Assembly: GCA_965203525.1 (NCBI GenBank)
Contig: OZ241898.1
Location: forward strand, 4,185,621 to 4,249,620
Reading direction: 5' to 3'
Length of the DNA stretch: 64,000 nucleotides
From: Vicinamibacterales bacterium
GTDB taxonomy: Bacteria; Acidobacteriota; Vicinamibacteria; Vicinamibacterales; UBA8438
This document shows, piece by piece, positions 1 to 8,659 of the stretch. Made by a program: the position numbers and the translations under genes. The notes under the pieces were generated by a model, which saw only the letters and a program-made list of their open reading frames with translations, was not told the DNA's origin and did no database searches. Within the stretch, counting starts at the first letter, position 1; each line of letters starts with the position of its first letter.

Positions 1-306
1 CTCCAGGTCGATGGCGAACGTCCAGCTCCCGTTGATCGCGTACAGGACGCCGTCGTAGACGGCCGGCGCGGCCAGCTCGCCCGACAGGTTCATCAGGCTC
101 GTGCTCCAGATCGGCGCCAGCCGGCGGACGTTGGACTTGTCGATCCGGTCGAGCGGGCTGTAGCTCTTGCGGTCGTACCCCATGCTGTGGACGAGCACGT
201 CCTCGGGGGTTCGTGCGTCGTTGACCAGGTCTTCCGCCGTCTGGGCCGGCGCAGGGGCCGGCCACGCGCCGAGGAGGATCGCCAACGGTCCGGCCAGTCT
301 CTGCAT
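1..306 (-). CDS. PQQ-dependent dehydrogenase (methanol/ethanol quinoprotein family), N-terminal 102 codons; gene runs off the left edge
   Basis: Not in the ORF track (no stop in window). Reverse translation from ATG 306-304 gives MQRLAGPLAILLGAWPAPAPAQTAEDLVNDARTPEDVLVHSMGYDRKSYSPLDRIDKSNVRRLAPIWSTSLMNLSGELAAPAVYDGVLYAING. This is a signal peptide followed by a typical quinoprotein dehydrogenase N-terminus. GGAGG lies 7 nt upstream. Confidence 0.7.
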   Translation of the reverse strand, partial: MQRLAGPLAILLGAWPAPAPAQTAEDLVNDARTPEDVLVHSMGYDRKSYSPLDRIDKSNVRRLAPIWSTSLMNLSGELAAPAVYDGVLYAINGSWTFAIDLE

Positions 307-441
307 GAATCAGCCTCCAGTGGCCCGCGGCCGGCCGCGCTCTGCGCGGAACGCCGCGTGCCGGCCATCATACGGGGCGGCCGCGGGCCGGTCCAGACGC
401 GATCGGCCGTGACTGCGCCGGCCGCCGCCGCCGCGGGACGG

Positions 442-1530
442 TCAGTAGAAGAGCATCGCGACGACGACGACGAGGATCGCGAGGATGACGAACCACTGCC
501 AGATCTCCTGCTGGTCCTCGGACGGGACGAGCTGGAAGGTGACGCTGCGGTGGGAGTCGATGGCGTTGCGGAGGAACGAGGCCGCCGACAGGCCGACGTT
601 CTCCAGGACGAACGAGCCGCCGCCGGACCGCTGGTCGAACATCGCGACGCCCTCGGGGTCGACCCGCGTGCGGATGCCGTCGAGGTCCGCTTCCAGGGTC
701 TCGTCGAAGTCGATGCCGCGGACGTAGTCCTGCAGGACGACGTCGACGTCGACGCCGGTGCGCGTGCCGATCACCACCGGATAGACGGCCAGCCCGCGCC
801 GGGCGAACTCCGAGAGGGCCAGATCGAGGCGCGCAACCTGTTCGTTGTCGGCCGCGAAGTCGCCGTCGGTGAACAGCAGCACGGCGCGATCGGAGCGCCG
901 CGCCGGCTGCCAGTCGTCGTCGCCGCTGTCGAACCGATCCTGGTTGTCGAGCGACTGGTAGACGTGCTCGAACGCGGCGGCGATGTCGCTGTCCCAGGGG
1001 AACGCGTCGCCCGACAGTTGCTCGGGCGGCGCGATCTGCCCCACCTGCTCGACGAAGCGCTCCGCGTTCGACGACAGGTGCACCTGCCGCAGCGCGGTGG
1101 TGCCGAAGACGAACAGGGCGACCCGGTCGCCCGGCGTCAGGATGTCCTCGGTGTAGAGGCCGAGCGCCTCGCGCACCGCGATCTCCAGACGCGACGGCCC
1201 CAGGTCGCGGACCCACATCGAGGCCGAGGCGTCGACGATGACGGCGACGTCGACGTCGCCTCGCTTGAAGCTCGATCCGCCGTACACCCAGAACGGGCGG
1301 GCCGCCGCCACGCTGAGAACGCTCAGCGCCAGGACCGCGAAGAACCAGAACTTGACGTGCCCGAAGAGCGGATAGGAGGAGCCGTGCGTCCGCGGCGGAC
1401 GGAGGCGCAGCCGGAGGACGAACACCGCGCTGCCGATCAGCAACAGCAGGCCGGCGATCGGCACGAACGTCAGGTACTCCGGATTCTGGAACTCGACGCT
1501 CTCGCGCAGCGCCGACTGCAACTCGCTCAT
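442..1530 (-). CDS. VWA-domain membrane protein (BatA/BatB-like)
   Basis: C-terminal 362 codons of track ORF 442..3081, starting MSELQSALRE at ATG 1530. Two N-terminal TM helices, the MIDAS motif VIVDASASM and a C-terminal TM. Last gene of the MoxR operon. Confidence 0.8.
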   Translation of the reverse strand: MSELQSALRESVEFQNPEYLTFVPIAGLLLLIGSAVFVLRLRLRPPRTHGSSYPLFGHVKFWFFAVLALSVLSVAAARPFWVYGGSSFKRGDVDVAVIVDASASMWVRDLGPSRLEIAVREALGLYTEDILTPGDRVALFVFGTTALRQVHLSSNAERFVEQVGQIAPPEQLSGDAFPWDSDIAAAFEHVYQSLDNQDRFDSGDDDWQPARRSDRAVLLFTDGDFAADNEQVARLDLALSEFARRGLAVYPVVIGTRTGVDVDVVLQDYVRGIDFDETLEADLDGIRTRVDPEGVAMFDQRSGGGSFVLENVGLSAASFLRNAIDSHRSVTFQLVPSEDQQEIWQWFVILAILVVVVAMLFY

Positions 1531-1649
1531 TCGCTCGTCCGGCGGAAGTGCGCGGCCGGCGGCGTCCCGCTTGCGGGGCCGGCGGCGCGCCTTGACTCGC
1601 TCATTCGCTCGTCCGGCGGAAGTGCGCGGCGCCAGCCCGGCGGAGCGCG

Positions 1650-2315
1650 TCAGCCGCGCCGCCGGCGCACCGGCGTTCCCTCGCCCCGCATCTGCTCGAG
1701 CTGCGGCGGCTCGGCCTCGCGCAACGGCTCGAGCGCGCGCCGCACCGCCTCGGGGTCGCTGGTCAGATCGTAGTTCCACTTGAAGTCGAAGCGGCCGGTC
1801 CGATCGGCCCGCAACGCCCGCTCGTAGTCGGCGTTCACCTCGTCGAGCACTTCCTCGATGATGGCCGCCTTGCGCGCCTGCCCATCGGGATCGTCGTCGG
1901 CGATCGCGCGGTACCGCCGGCGCGCGAGCTGGAACTTGGCGCTGGCCAGCAGATGCGACGCCCGCGGGTCGTCGATCTCGTCGGCCAGGTCCCGAACCAC
2001 GACCTCGAAGTCGCCGGTCAGGTAGTTGTACGACGCCTGCTGCAGGAACGCGTCCGCGAAGAGGTAGGCGTCGGAGAACCAGCCGAGGCCCAGGCTCCGG
2101 CTGCGCTCGTAGAAGCCGGTCACCTCGGCGAGCCGCAGATCCGCCTGCTCGTAGTCGCCGCGGTCGACGGCGTCGCTCAGGGCGTCGAGGTGCGCGTAGA
2201 AGCCCCCCAGACTGCGCGACGGGAGCGCCACGAGCACGAGGAACACGAGCGCGAGGACGAAACCGATCAGGTACTTGAACGACCGTTCCTTGTCGAGAAG
2301 GTCCGTCAATGCCAC
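1650..2315 (-). CDS. Hypothetical membrane-anchored protein in the MoxR/VWA operon
   Basis: Track ORF of 221 aa with an N-terminal TM (YLIGFVLALVFLVLVALP) and realistic composition. It lies between the two VWA genes on the same strand. Confidence 0.6.
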   Translation of the reverse strand: MALTDLLDKERSFKYLIGFVLALVFLVLVALPSRSLGGFYAHLDALSDAVDRGDYEQADLRLAEVTGFYERSRSLGLGWFSDAYLFADAFLQQASYNYLTGDFEVVVRDLADEIDDPRASHLLASAKFQLARRRYRAIADDDPDGQARKAAIIEEVLDEVNADYERALRADRTGRFDFKWNYDLTSDPEAVRRALEPLREAEPPQLEQMRGEGTPVRRRRG

Positions 2316-2348
2316 GTGTCCCCCCTGTGCGGCGGCCGGCGAGGCGGC

Positions 2349-3476
2349 CTACGGGCTCGTCCCCCAGAACAGCTCCGCGGCGAACCCGAGCGGGATGCCG
2401 ACCACCAGCAACCCCATCGCCAGCAGCAGGAAACGGCCGTAGATCGGCACCTTCAGGGCGCGGTGGCGCTGCTCCACCCGCACCGCCTCGCGCTCGTCGA
2501 TCGCCTGGTAGGCCTCCAGCAGGCTGTCCTCGTCGGTCACGTCGAAGTAGTCGCCGCCGTACTCGCGGATCATCTCGATGAGGCGCGGGGTGCTCGGGTG
2601 GCCGATCATCGCGGTCCGGATGTCGCTCGTGTTGATGTAGATGATGTACGGCGTGACGTTGCGCTGGCTCAGCGCGGCGAACTCCGCGTCCGGGAACTCG
2701 TCGACCGCCGCATCGGTCACGATCAGCACGGCGCGGTTCACCTGGTCGCCGCCGAGGGCCGCCTCGTCCTGATCGAGCTGCCTCGTGATCGACTGCAGCG
2801 GCCGGATGATGTTCGTGTCCCCCTCGGCCGGCACGATGCGCACCTTGTCGGTCGGGACCACCATCGCCTTGTCGAGCCGCTGCGTCATCACGTACGGCGC
2901 GTCCCACACCTGGAAGTAGTACAACTCGTCGTCCATGACGAAGTCGTCCACCATGTAGGGGTAGGTGGAGAAGAGCCACAACGAGACCCGGTCGTTCTTG
3001 CCCCGGCGCATGTCCAGGAACCGCAGGTGCGCGTCGCGGGCCACTTCGGCCTTCGACTTGCCGGTGTCCGGGAACTCCCATGCCATCGAGCCGGAGGTGT
3101 CGACCAGGTCCACCCGCACCCGGGACTCGACGTGGCCGCTCACCTCCTCGGTGGCGGTCAGGAACGGGTCGGCCGCGGCGAAGAGCATCAGGGCCAGGGC
3201 CCCGCCGACCAGCGCCTTCGGCAGCGAGTGCGCCGTCCGCGCCCAGAGGCGCTTGGTGTGCCTGCGGTCGATCGCGTGCCCCGAATGCTGGCGCACGTGC
3301 TTCCGCCGGCGGAACGCCAGCCGGGCCGCGGAGGCGGCCGCCACGACCGCGACGGCGATCGAGAGCGCCGCCGCCAGCCCGACGTCGCCGTAGCGGATCT
3401 GGGCGAACTCCGTCTCCAGCAGATCGGCCAGGCTGGTGTTCAGAAACGCGACGAACTCGGTCCAGGGTTGCAGCAT
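2349..3476 (-). CDS. VWA-domain membrane protein (BatA-like)
   Basis: Starts MLQPWTEFVAFLN at ATG 3476, inside track ORF 2349..4502. TM helices, the MIDAS motif VDLVDTSGSM and a C-terminal TM. Confidence 0.8.
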   Translation of the reverse strand: MLQPWTEFVAFLNTSLADLLETEFAQIRYGDVGLAAALSIAVAVVAAASAARLAFRRRKHVRQHSGHAIDRRHTKRLWARTAHSLPKALVGGALALMLFAAADPFLTATEEVSGHVESRVRVDLVDTSGSMAWEFPDTGKSKAEVARDAHLRFLDMRRGKNDRVSLWLFSTYPYMVDDFVMDDELYYFQVWDAPYVMTQRLDKAMVVPTDKVRIVPAEGDTNIIRPLQSITRQLDQDEAALGGDQVNRAVLIVTDAAVDEFPDAEFAALSQRNVTPYIIYINTSDIRTAMIGHPSTPRLIEMIREYGGDYFDVTDEDSLLEAYQAIDEREAVRVEQRHRALKVPIYGRFLLLAMGLLVVGIPLGFAAELFWGTSP

Positions 3477-3481
3477 GGTCC

Positions 3482-4546
3482 CTACTCGCCGAACAGGCCC
3501 GTGAACGCCCGCCAGAGACGCACGTGCGGGCGGAGCGCCGCGAGGGCGTCCTCCAGCCGCCGGGCCTCGTCCCCCGGGTTCGCGATGGCCGCCGCCTCGC
3601 CCCGCTCGAGCCCCGCGTGGTGCTCGGCGAGCCGCGCCGCGAGCGTCGCCAGCGCCGTCTTCCGTCCGCCGTCGTCGAGCCCCTCGATGCGCCGCTGGAT
3701 GTCCTTCGGCGTGTCGCCGCTGCGCAGCTCCGGCAGCTCGGCCCGCAGGTACTCCCGCGCGGCGATGACCAGATCCTGCTTGAGATCCCCGAGCGGCGCG
3801 CCGCCCTCGGCCGCGGCGAGGGCCCGCACCCGGGCCTGCAGCGTCCGGCGCGCCTCCCAGATGGAGGGCGGCGCCGGGACCTGCGCCTCCAGGCGCTCGA
3901 TCTCCTCGAGTTCGCGGGCGACCTCGGTGGGCACCACCTCCCGCCTGCGCCACTGCCGCACGAGGAAGACCAGCCACACGAGCAGCGGCAGCGGCGCGAC
4001 GGTCCACGCCATCGTGGCGAACAGCGCGGCGCGTCCGCCGAACTCGCCGAGCTCGATCGTGTCGCGGATGTCGAGGACCGGCACGTCCGTCATCGTCGAC
4101 ACGTAGCGCACCAGCCCCTGTCCGCCGTCCACCTGCTGGATCTCGGCCTCCTCGAGGTCCTCGCCGAGATCGCGGATCAGGTAGTAGAAGCTGAACGACG
4201 GGACGACGTAGACCGCCTTCTCGGGAGCGATCAGCCGGAGTCCGTACTCGAAGTCCCAGACGTGCTCGTCCTCGATCCGCCGCTTCACGACGTCGAGCGA
4301 CACCGCCTCGAACGGATGCACGGGCAGGTTCTCCGGCACCATCCGATCCTCGAGGACGATGATCTCGCGCCCCTCCGGGACGAGGTCCGGGAAACGCAGG
4401 CGGTAGGTCTGCGCGATGACGTCGCCGGTCTTGACCACCGTCGGCTCCAGCTCCAGCGTCTCCACGTCTACCGGCGCCTGCGCCGCACCGGGCCGTGCGC
4501 ACGCCAGAGCCGCCAGGAACGTCACGACCGCGGCGCGTCTCACCAT
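3482..4546 (-). CDS. BatD-like / oxygen-tolerance-type membrane protein (hypothetical)
   Basis: Starts MVRRAAVVTFLAALACARPGAAQAP (signal peptide) at ATG 4546. Has an internal TM (WTVAPLPLLVWLVFLV). Its position between the DUF58 and VWA genes is typical of Bat-like operons. Confidence 0.65.
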   Translation of the reverse strand: MVRRAAVVTFLAALACARPGAAQAPVDVETLELEPTVVKTGDVIAQTYRLRFPDLVPEGREIIVLEDRMVPENLPVHPFEAVSLDVVKRRIEDEHVWDFEYGLRLIAPEKAVYVVPSFSFYYLIRDLGEDLEEAEIQQVDGGQGLVRYVSTMTDVPVLDIRDTIELGEFGGRAALFATMAWTVAPLPLLVWLVFLVRQWRRREVVPTEVARELEEIERLEAQVPAPPSIWEARRTLQARVRALAAAEGGAPLGDLKQDLVIAAREYLRAELPELRSGDTPKDIQRRIEGLDDGGRKTALATLAARLAEHHAGLERGEAAAIANPGDEARRLEDALAALRPHVRLWRAFTGLFGE

Positions 4547-4569
4547 GCTTCCTTTCCGTTCCGGCGGGA

Positions 4570-5487
4570 CTAGCGAGCCGTTCGCGCGATCAGGAACTCC
4601 GCCAGGGCGTCGGCGTGGTTCCGTGGGGTGAGCACGACGGAATCGACCCCGCTCCTGTGCTTCAACCGGTACTGGAGCTCCGACGTCCGCTCCTCGATGG
4701 TCCGCCGGATGGCGCCGGCCTTGCGGGCCGAGATGACAGTCTGCCGGTCGGTCTCCATGTCGTTGATCCGGATGTAGCCGAGACGGCTCCTGACCTCGAA
4801 CTCGTCGGGGTCGTCCAGGATGAGCATCATCATATCGTGCTTCGCGGCCAGCGTGCGCAGCAGCTTGAAGTCGAGCGACGCGTGGTCGTTGACGAAGTCG
4901 ACGGCGTCGGAGATCAGGATGAGCGAGTGGCGGTTCCTGAGCCGCGCCGCGATGAACCGGAACGGCGCCGTGAAGTCGGCCGCCCGCTTCCGCGGGAACC
5001 GCCGCTGGAGCTCGATCTTCTCGAAGATCTGCTTTGCGACGTAGAAGACCTGCGGACTGCCGAGCTTCGGCTTGACGAACGTCTCGATGCGGTCGGAGAA
5101 GCCGAGCAGCCCCACCGGATCGCGGACGTTGGCGCGGGTCAGCCCGATGTTGCCGATCAGATCGAGCATCAGCAGCGCCTTGTTCGAGGCCTGCGAGAGC
5201 TGGAACAGGATCGACGACGACAGGTCGACGACGAACAGGACGCGGAGCTCCTTCGGCTCCATCCGCTCGATGCGGAACAGCTTCTCGGGATAGGTCCGGA
5301 GGCTGAGCACCCACGCGATGTCCTTCAGCGGCTGGCCGGGACGCCACTGATCGACGCCGACGATGTCGTAGCCGGCCCCCTTGAACCCGCTCTTGTGATC
5401 GCCGTAGTGGATGGAGGTGGACTTCTTGCGCGTCTTGATTCCGTGCTTGATGTTGCGGAATCGCGCGAAGACTTCCTCTATTTCCAC
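4570..5487 (-). CDS. DUF58-domain protein (MoxR-associated)
   Basis: GTG start at 5487 (VEIEEVFARFRNIKHG) overlaps the moxR stop by 10 nt. Contains HYGDHKSGFKGAGYDIVGVDQWRPGQPLKDIAW and LFVVDLSSS, typical DUF58 motifs. Confidence 0.8.
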   Translation of the reverse strand: MEIEEVFARFRNIKHGIKTRKKSTSIHYGDHKSGFKGAGYDIVGVDQWRPGQPLKDIAWVLSLRTYPEKLFRIERMEPKELRVLFVVDLSSSILFQLSQASNKALLMLDLIGNIGLTRANVRDPVGLLGFSDRIETFVKPKLGSPQVFYVAKQIFEKIELQRRFPRKRAADFTAPFRFIAARLRNRHSLILISDAVDFVNDHASLDFKLLRTLAAKHDMMMLILDDPDEFEVRSRLGYIRINDMETDRQTVISARKAGAIRRTIEERTSELQYRLKHRSGVDSVVLTPRNHADALAEFLIARTAR

Positions 5488-6593
5488 GGCGGGACCTCCA
5501 TGTCCGCCAGGATCTGGCGGAGCAGGTCCTCCTTGTTCACCGAGAACTCCATCCCCTCGCGCAGCACCAGGCGGTGCGCGAGCACCGGCTCGGCCACCGC
5601 CTTGACGTGGTCCGGCGTGATGATCGTGTCCCCCTGGAAGAACGCGAACGTGCGTGCGACCGCCTCGAGATGGAAGTGGACGCGGGGCGAGATGCCGACC
5701 CGGACGTACTCCCGGACGGTGCGGGTGGCGCGCCCCTGGACCCGGTGCGGCCGCGTGTTGCGGATCAGCCGCACCTTGTACTGCTGGCCGTACTCCGACA
5801 TCTTCACGGTGTCGAAGATGTGCTGCGCGATGTCGAGCACCTCGTGGAGGTTCGTCAGCTTCTCGACCTTCTTGCCGACGACGTTGCGGGCGCTGATGTT
5901 CAGCTCGTCGTCCTCGTCCTCCGGGTCCAGCATGTTGATCGACAGCGTGGTCCGGTCGAGCTGCGCCACCGGGTTGGCGAACGTCCCCTCCTCCTCGCCG
6001 AAGATGTTCTCGGTGCAGATCACCATGAAGAAGCGGGGGCCGGTGACGTCGTCGTAGTCGCACGACAGCGGGAAGAGCGGCAGCATCTTCCCCTCGGACA
6101 GGTTGCCGTAGTCGGAGTTGAGGGTCGCCGAGCTCTCCTCCATGCCCTCGAGCACCGCCGCCTTGGTCTTGCCCGACAGCCGGTTGTCCTCGTCGATGAG
6201 GACGATGTGGGCCATCAGCTTGCCCGGCTTGAAGTGGATCTTGCGGCTGCCGTCGAGCTCCTCGACGATCGTCTCGTAGCCGAGGATGTCCTCCGGCATG
6301 TAGGTCGGCAGCCCCTGGATGCGCTCGAACTTCGCGTCGATGGCCATCGCGCAGGCGCTGACCAGGTCGGTCTTGCCGGTGCCGGTCGGCCCCCGGAACA
6401 TGACGTGCGGCTGGCGCAGCTTCTTCCCCTGGCTCAGCTTGTCGGTGTACGGGAGCAGCGTGAAGAACGCCCAGGAGAGGGTCCGCGCCGCGTCGTCGAG
6501 CCCGTACAGCCACTTGGTGGACTCGCTCTGGAAGCGCTGCACGACCTCGATGGCGCGGTCGCGGTCAATGGCCGGTGGGGTCTCGACAGTCAT
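5478..6593 (-). CDS. MoxR-family AAA+ ATPase
   Basis: Track ORF of 371 aa. Walker A is GPTGTGKT and Walker B is IVLIDEDNR. First gene of the moxR-DUF58-VWA operon. Confidence 0.85.
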   Translation of the reverse strand: MTVETPPAIDRDRAIEVVQRFQSESTKWLYGLDDAARTLSWAFFTLLPYTDKLSQGKKLRQPHVMFRGPTGTGKTDLVSACAMAIDAKFERIQGLPTYMPEDILGYETIVEELDGSRKIHFKPGKLMAHIVLIDEDNRLSGKTKAAVLEGMEESSATLNSDYGNLSEGKMLPLFPLSCDYDDVTGPRFFMVICTENIFGEEEGTFANPVAQLDRTTLSINMLDPEDEDDELNISARNVVGKKVEKLTNLHEVLDIAQHIFDTVKMSEYGQQYKVRLIRNTRPHRVQGRATRTVREYVRVGISPRVHFHLEAVARTFAFFQGDTIITPDHVKAVAEPVLAHRLVLREGMEFSVNKEDLLRQILADMEVPPWK

Positions 6594-6717
6594 CGCTCGT
6601 ACGAGCCGCCTTTCACACGGAGGAAACGCCCGCGAAAAACGGCAAGCATATCAGTGTCGCCGGCCGGACGCTACCGCGGCGGGCGCGGCGCATCGCCGCC
6701 GCCTGCGACGCCCGGCA

Positions 6718-7155
6718 GGGCGAAACCGGCCGCCGGCGCGGCGCCGCCCGCGCTTGGTCGCCCGTGACCGGATCGTCGGCGTCAACCCGGCGAAACCGGC
6801 CGCCGGCGCGGCGCCGCCCGCGCGGCGCGGCGCATCGCCGATGCCCGCGGCGGCGGATCGGAACCGGCTGCCGGCGTGGCGCCGCCCGCATCGTGGATGC
6901 CCGCGGCGGCGGCAGGGACCGCGGCGACTCCGAACCGCTGCTGGGCGAACGGGAAGCCGTGCAGTCCCGTGCCCGCGGCGGCAGGGACCGCGGCGACTCC
7001 GAACCGCTGCTCGCGGCGGTCGATGGCGGCAAACTTGGCATCCGGCCGGCGGAGTGCCAACATGTTCGGCCGGCGCCGGCGGGCAGGCGGCGGATTTCGC
7101 CGGCGACGCGGTGCCCCCCGCACCGGTGCCGACATGTTCGGCCGGCGCCGGCGGC
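6718..7155. repeat. Nested short tandem duplications in a 620-bp intergenic region
   Basis: cgaaaccggccgccggcgcggcgccgcccgcgc occurs at 6721 and 6791 (period 70). ggcagggaccgcggcgactccgaaccgctgc occurs at 6911 and 6980 (period 69). catgttcggccggcgccggcgg occurs at 7061 and 7133 (period 72). Confidence 0.9.
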
Positions 7156-7212
7156 AGGCGGGGCGGACGCGGGCGTCCGGCGCGGACGCGCGGAACCGGG
7201 AGGAACGGATCG

Positions 7213-8643
7213 ATGCCACTGATGACGGCCGAGGAGTACAAGAACAGCCTGCGCGACGGGCGGACGGTCTACTACCGGGGGAAGCGCGTGGAGGATGTCG
7301 CGAACCACCCCGTGATCGGCCTCGCGGTCGAGCACGCCGCCATCGACTACCGGATGGCCCACGACGCCTCGCACCGCCCGCTGGCGGTCGTCGACGGACC
7401 CTCCGGCCCCTGCTCGCGCTACTACGCGATCCCGCGCACCCCGGAAGACCTGCTCCAGCGTAGCGCGCTCATCGAGCGGGCCACGGCCCTCGGCGGCACC
7501 CTGGTGGTGCTGATCAAGGAGATCGGCACCGACGCGCTGTTCGCCCTGCGCCTGATCGCGGAGCGCCTGGACCGCGGGAAGGGGACCAGCTACCTGAAGC
7601 GGGTCGAAGCGTTCCACGCCCGCTGCCGGGACCGCGACCTCGCGGTGGCGGTGGCGCAGACCGACGTCAAGGGCGACCGCGGCAAGGGGCCGGCCGCGCA
7701 GGCCCACCCCGACTACTACGTCCGCGTGGTGGCGCAGGACGCCGACGGCCTGACGCTGCGCGGCGCCAAGGCGCACACCTCGGTTTCGACCAACGCCCAC
7801 GAGATCGTCGTGCTGCCGACCCGCAACCTGTCCGCCGGCGAGGAGGCGTACGCCGTCGCCTGCGCGGTGCCGGCCGACGCGCCGGGCCTGACGATGCTCG
7901 CGAGCGGCTACGGCCGGTCCGGCAACGCCTTCGAGCACCCGATCAGCGCGCGGCACAAGATGATGGAGACGCTGACCGTCTTCGACGACGTCAAGGTGCC
8001 GTGGGAGCGGGTGTTCCTCAACGGCGAGGTCGACATGGCGGGGCCGCTCGCGAAGACCTTCGTCGAGTTCCACCGCTTCACGGCGGTGAGCTACAAGCTG
8101 CCGCTCCTCGACCTGTTCGTCGGCGCGTCGCACCTGATGGCCGAGTACAACGGCGTCCTGCGCACCGGGCACGTCCGCGACAAGCTGGCCAGGCTCATCA
8201 GCTACGCGCAGATCTGCCGCGGCATGACCCGCGAGGCGGCGCGCGAGGCGAGCATCGTGGACGGCGTCGCGGTGCCCGCCGCCGAGCTGGTCAACGTCGC
8301 CAAGCTGCACTTCGCGACCAACTACCACCAGGCGCTCGCCTGGGTGCAGGACATCGCCGGCGGGCTGCTCGCGACCGGCCCGAGCGCCGAGGATCTGGAC
8401 GAGCCGCGGCTCGGCGCCCTGATCGACCGCTACCTGGGCGGGGCGGGGACGCCGGCGCGCGACCGGCTGCGGCTGATGAACCTGATCGCCGAGATCACCG
8501 CCACCGACTTCGGCGGCTACCAGGCGGTGCTGGCGGTGCACGCGGAGGGGAGCATCGAAGCCGAGAAGATGACCATCTGGCGGCAGCACGACGTCCAGCC
8601 GAGCGTGCGCTACGCGAAGCGGCTGGCGGGCATCGGAGGCTGA
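7213..8643 (+). CDS. HpaB / 4-hydroxybutyryl-CoA dehydratase family protein (4-hydroxyphenylacetate 3-hydroxylase-like)
   Basis: Starts MPLMTAEEYKNSLRDGRTVYYRGKRVEDV at ATG 7213, inside track ORF 6319..8643. The 476-aa length and N-terminal pattern fit this family. Substrate cannot be assigned. Confidence 0.7.
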   Translation: MPLMTAEEYKNSLRDGRTVYYRGKRVEDVANHPVIGLAVEHAAIDYRMAHDASHRPLAVVDGPSGPCSRYYAIPRTPEDLLQRSALIERATALGGTLVVLIKEIGTDALFALRLIAERLDRGKGTSYLKRVEAFHARCRDRDLAVAVAQTDVKGDRGKGPAAQAHPDYYVRVVAQDADGLTLRGAKAHTSVSTNAHEIVVLPTRNLSAGEEAYAVACAVPADAPGLTMLASGYGRSGNAFEHPISARHKMMETLTVFDDVKVPWERVFLNGEVDMAGPLAKTFVEFHRFTAVSYKLPLLDLFVGASHLMAEYNGVLRTGHVRDKLARLISYAQICRGMTREAAREASIVDGVAVPAAELVNVAKLHFATNYHQALAWVQDIAGGLLATGPSAEDLDEPRLGALIDRYLGGAGTPARDRLRLMNLIAEITATDFGGYQAVLAVHAEGSIEAEKMTIWRQHDVQPSVRYAKRLAGIGG

Positions 8644-8659
8644 CTCCCGCCGCTACCGG

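Noticed and set aside
187-4573. Long plus-strand ORFs across the MoxR/VWA operon (187..1773, 1953..4106, 3080..4573, 4495..6057, 5574..6767).
   Set aside because: They are antisense to well-supported minus-strand genes carrying MIDAS, DUF58 and Walker motifs. Their composition is dominated by R, D, E, G and P with no recognisable motifs.
6700-7200. Possible CRISPR array. Other repeat clusters at 12412-12660, 15700-15880, 26560-26720 and 54240-54470 raised the same question.
   Set aside because: There are only 2-4 copies each, the 'spacers' are themselves part of the duplicated unit, no constant repeat is shared between loci, and no cas genes lie in the window.
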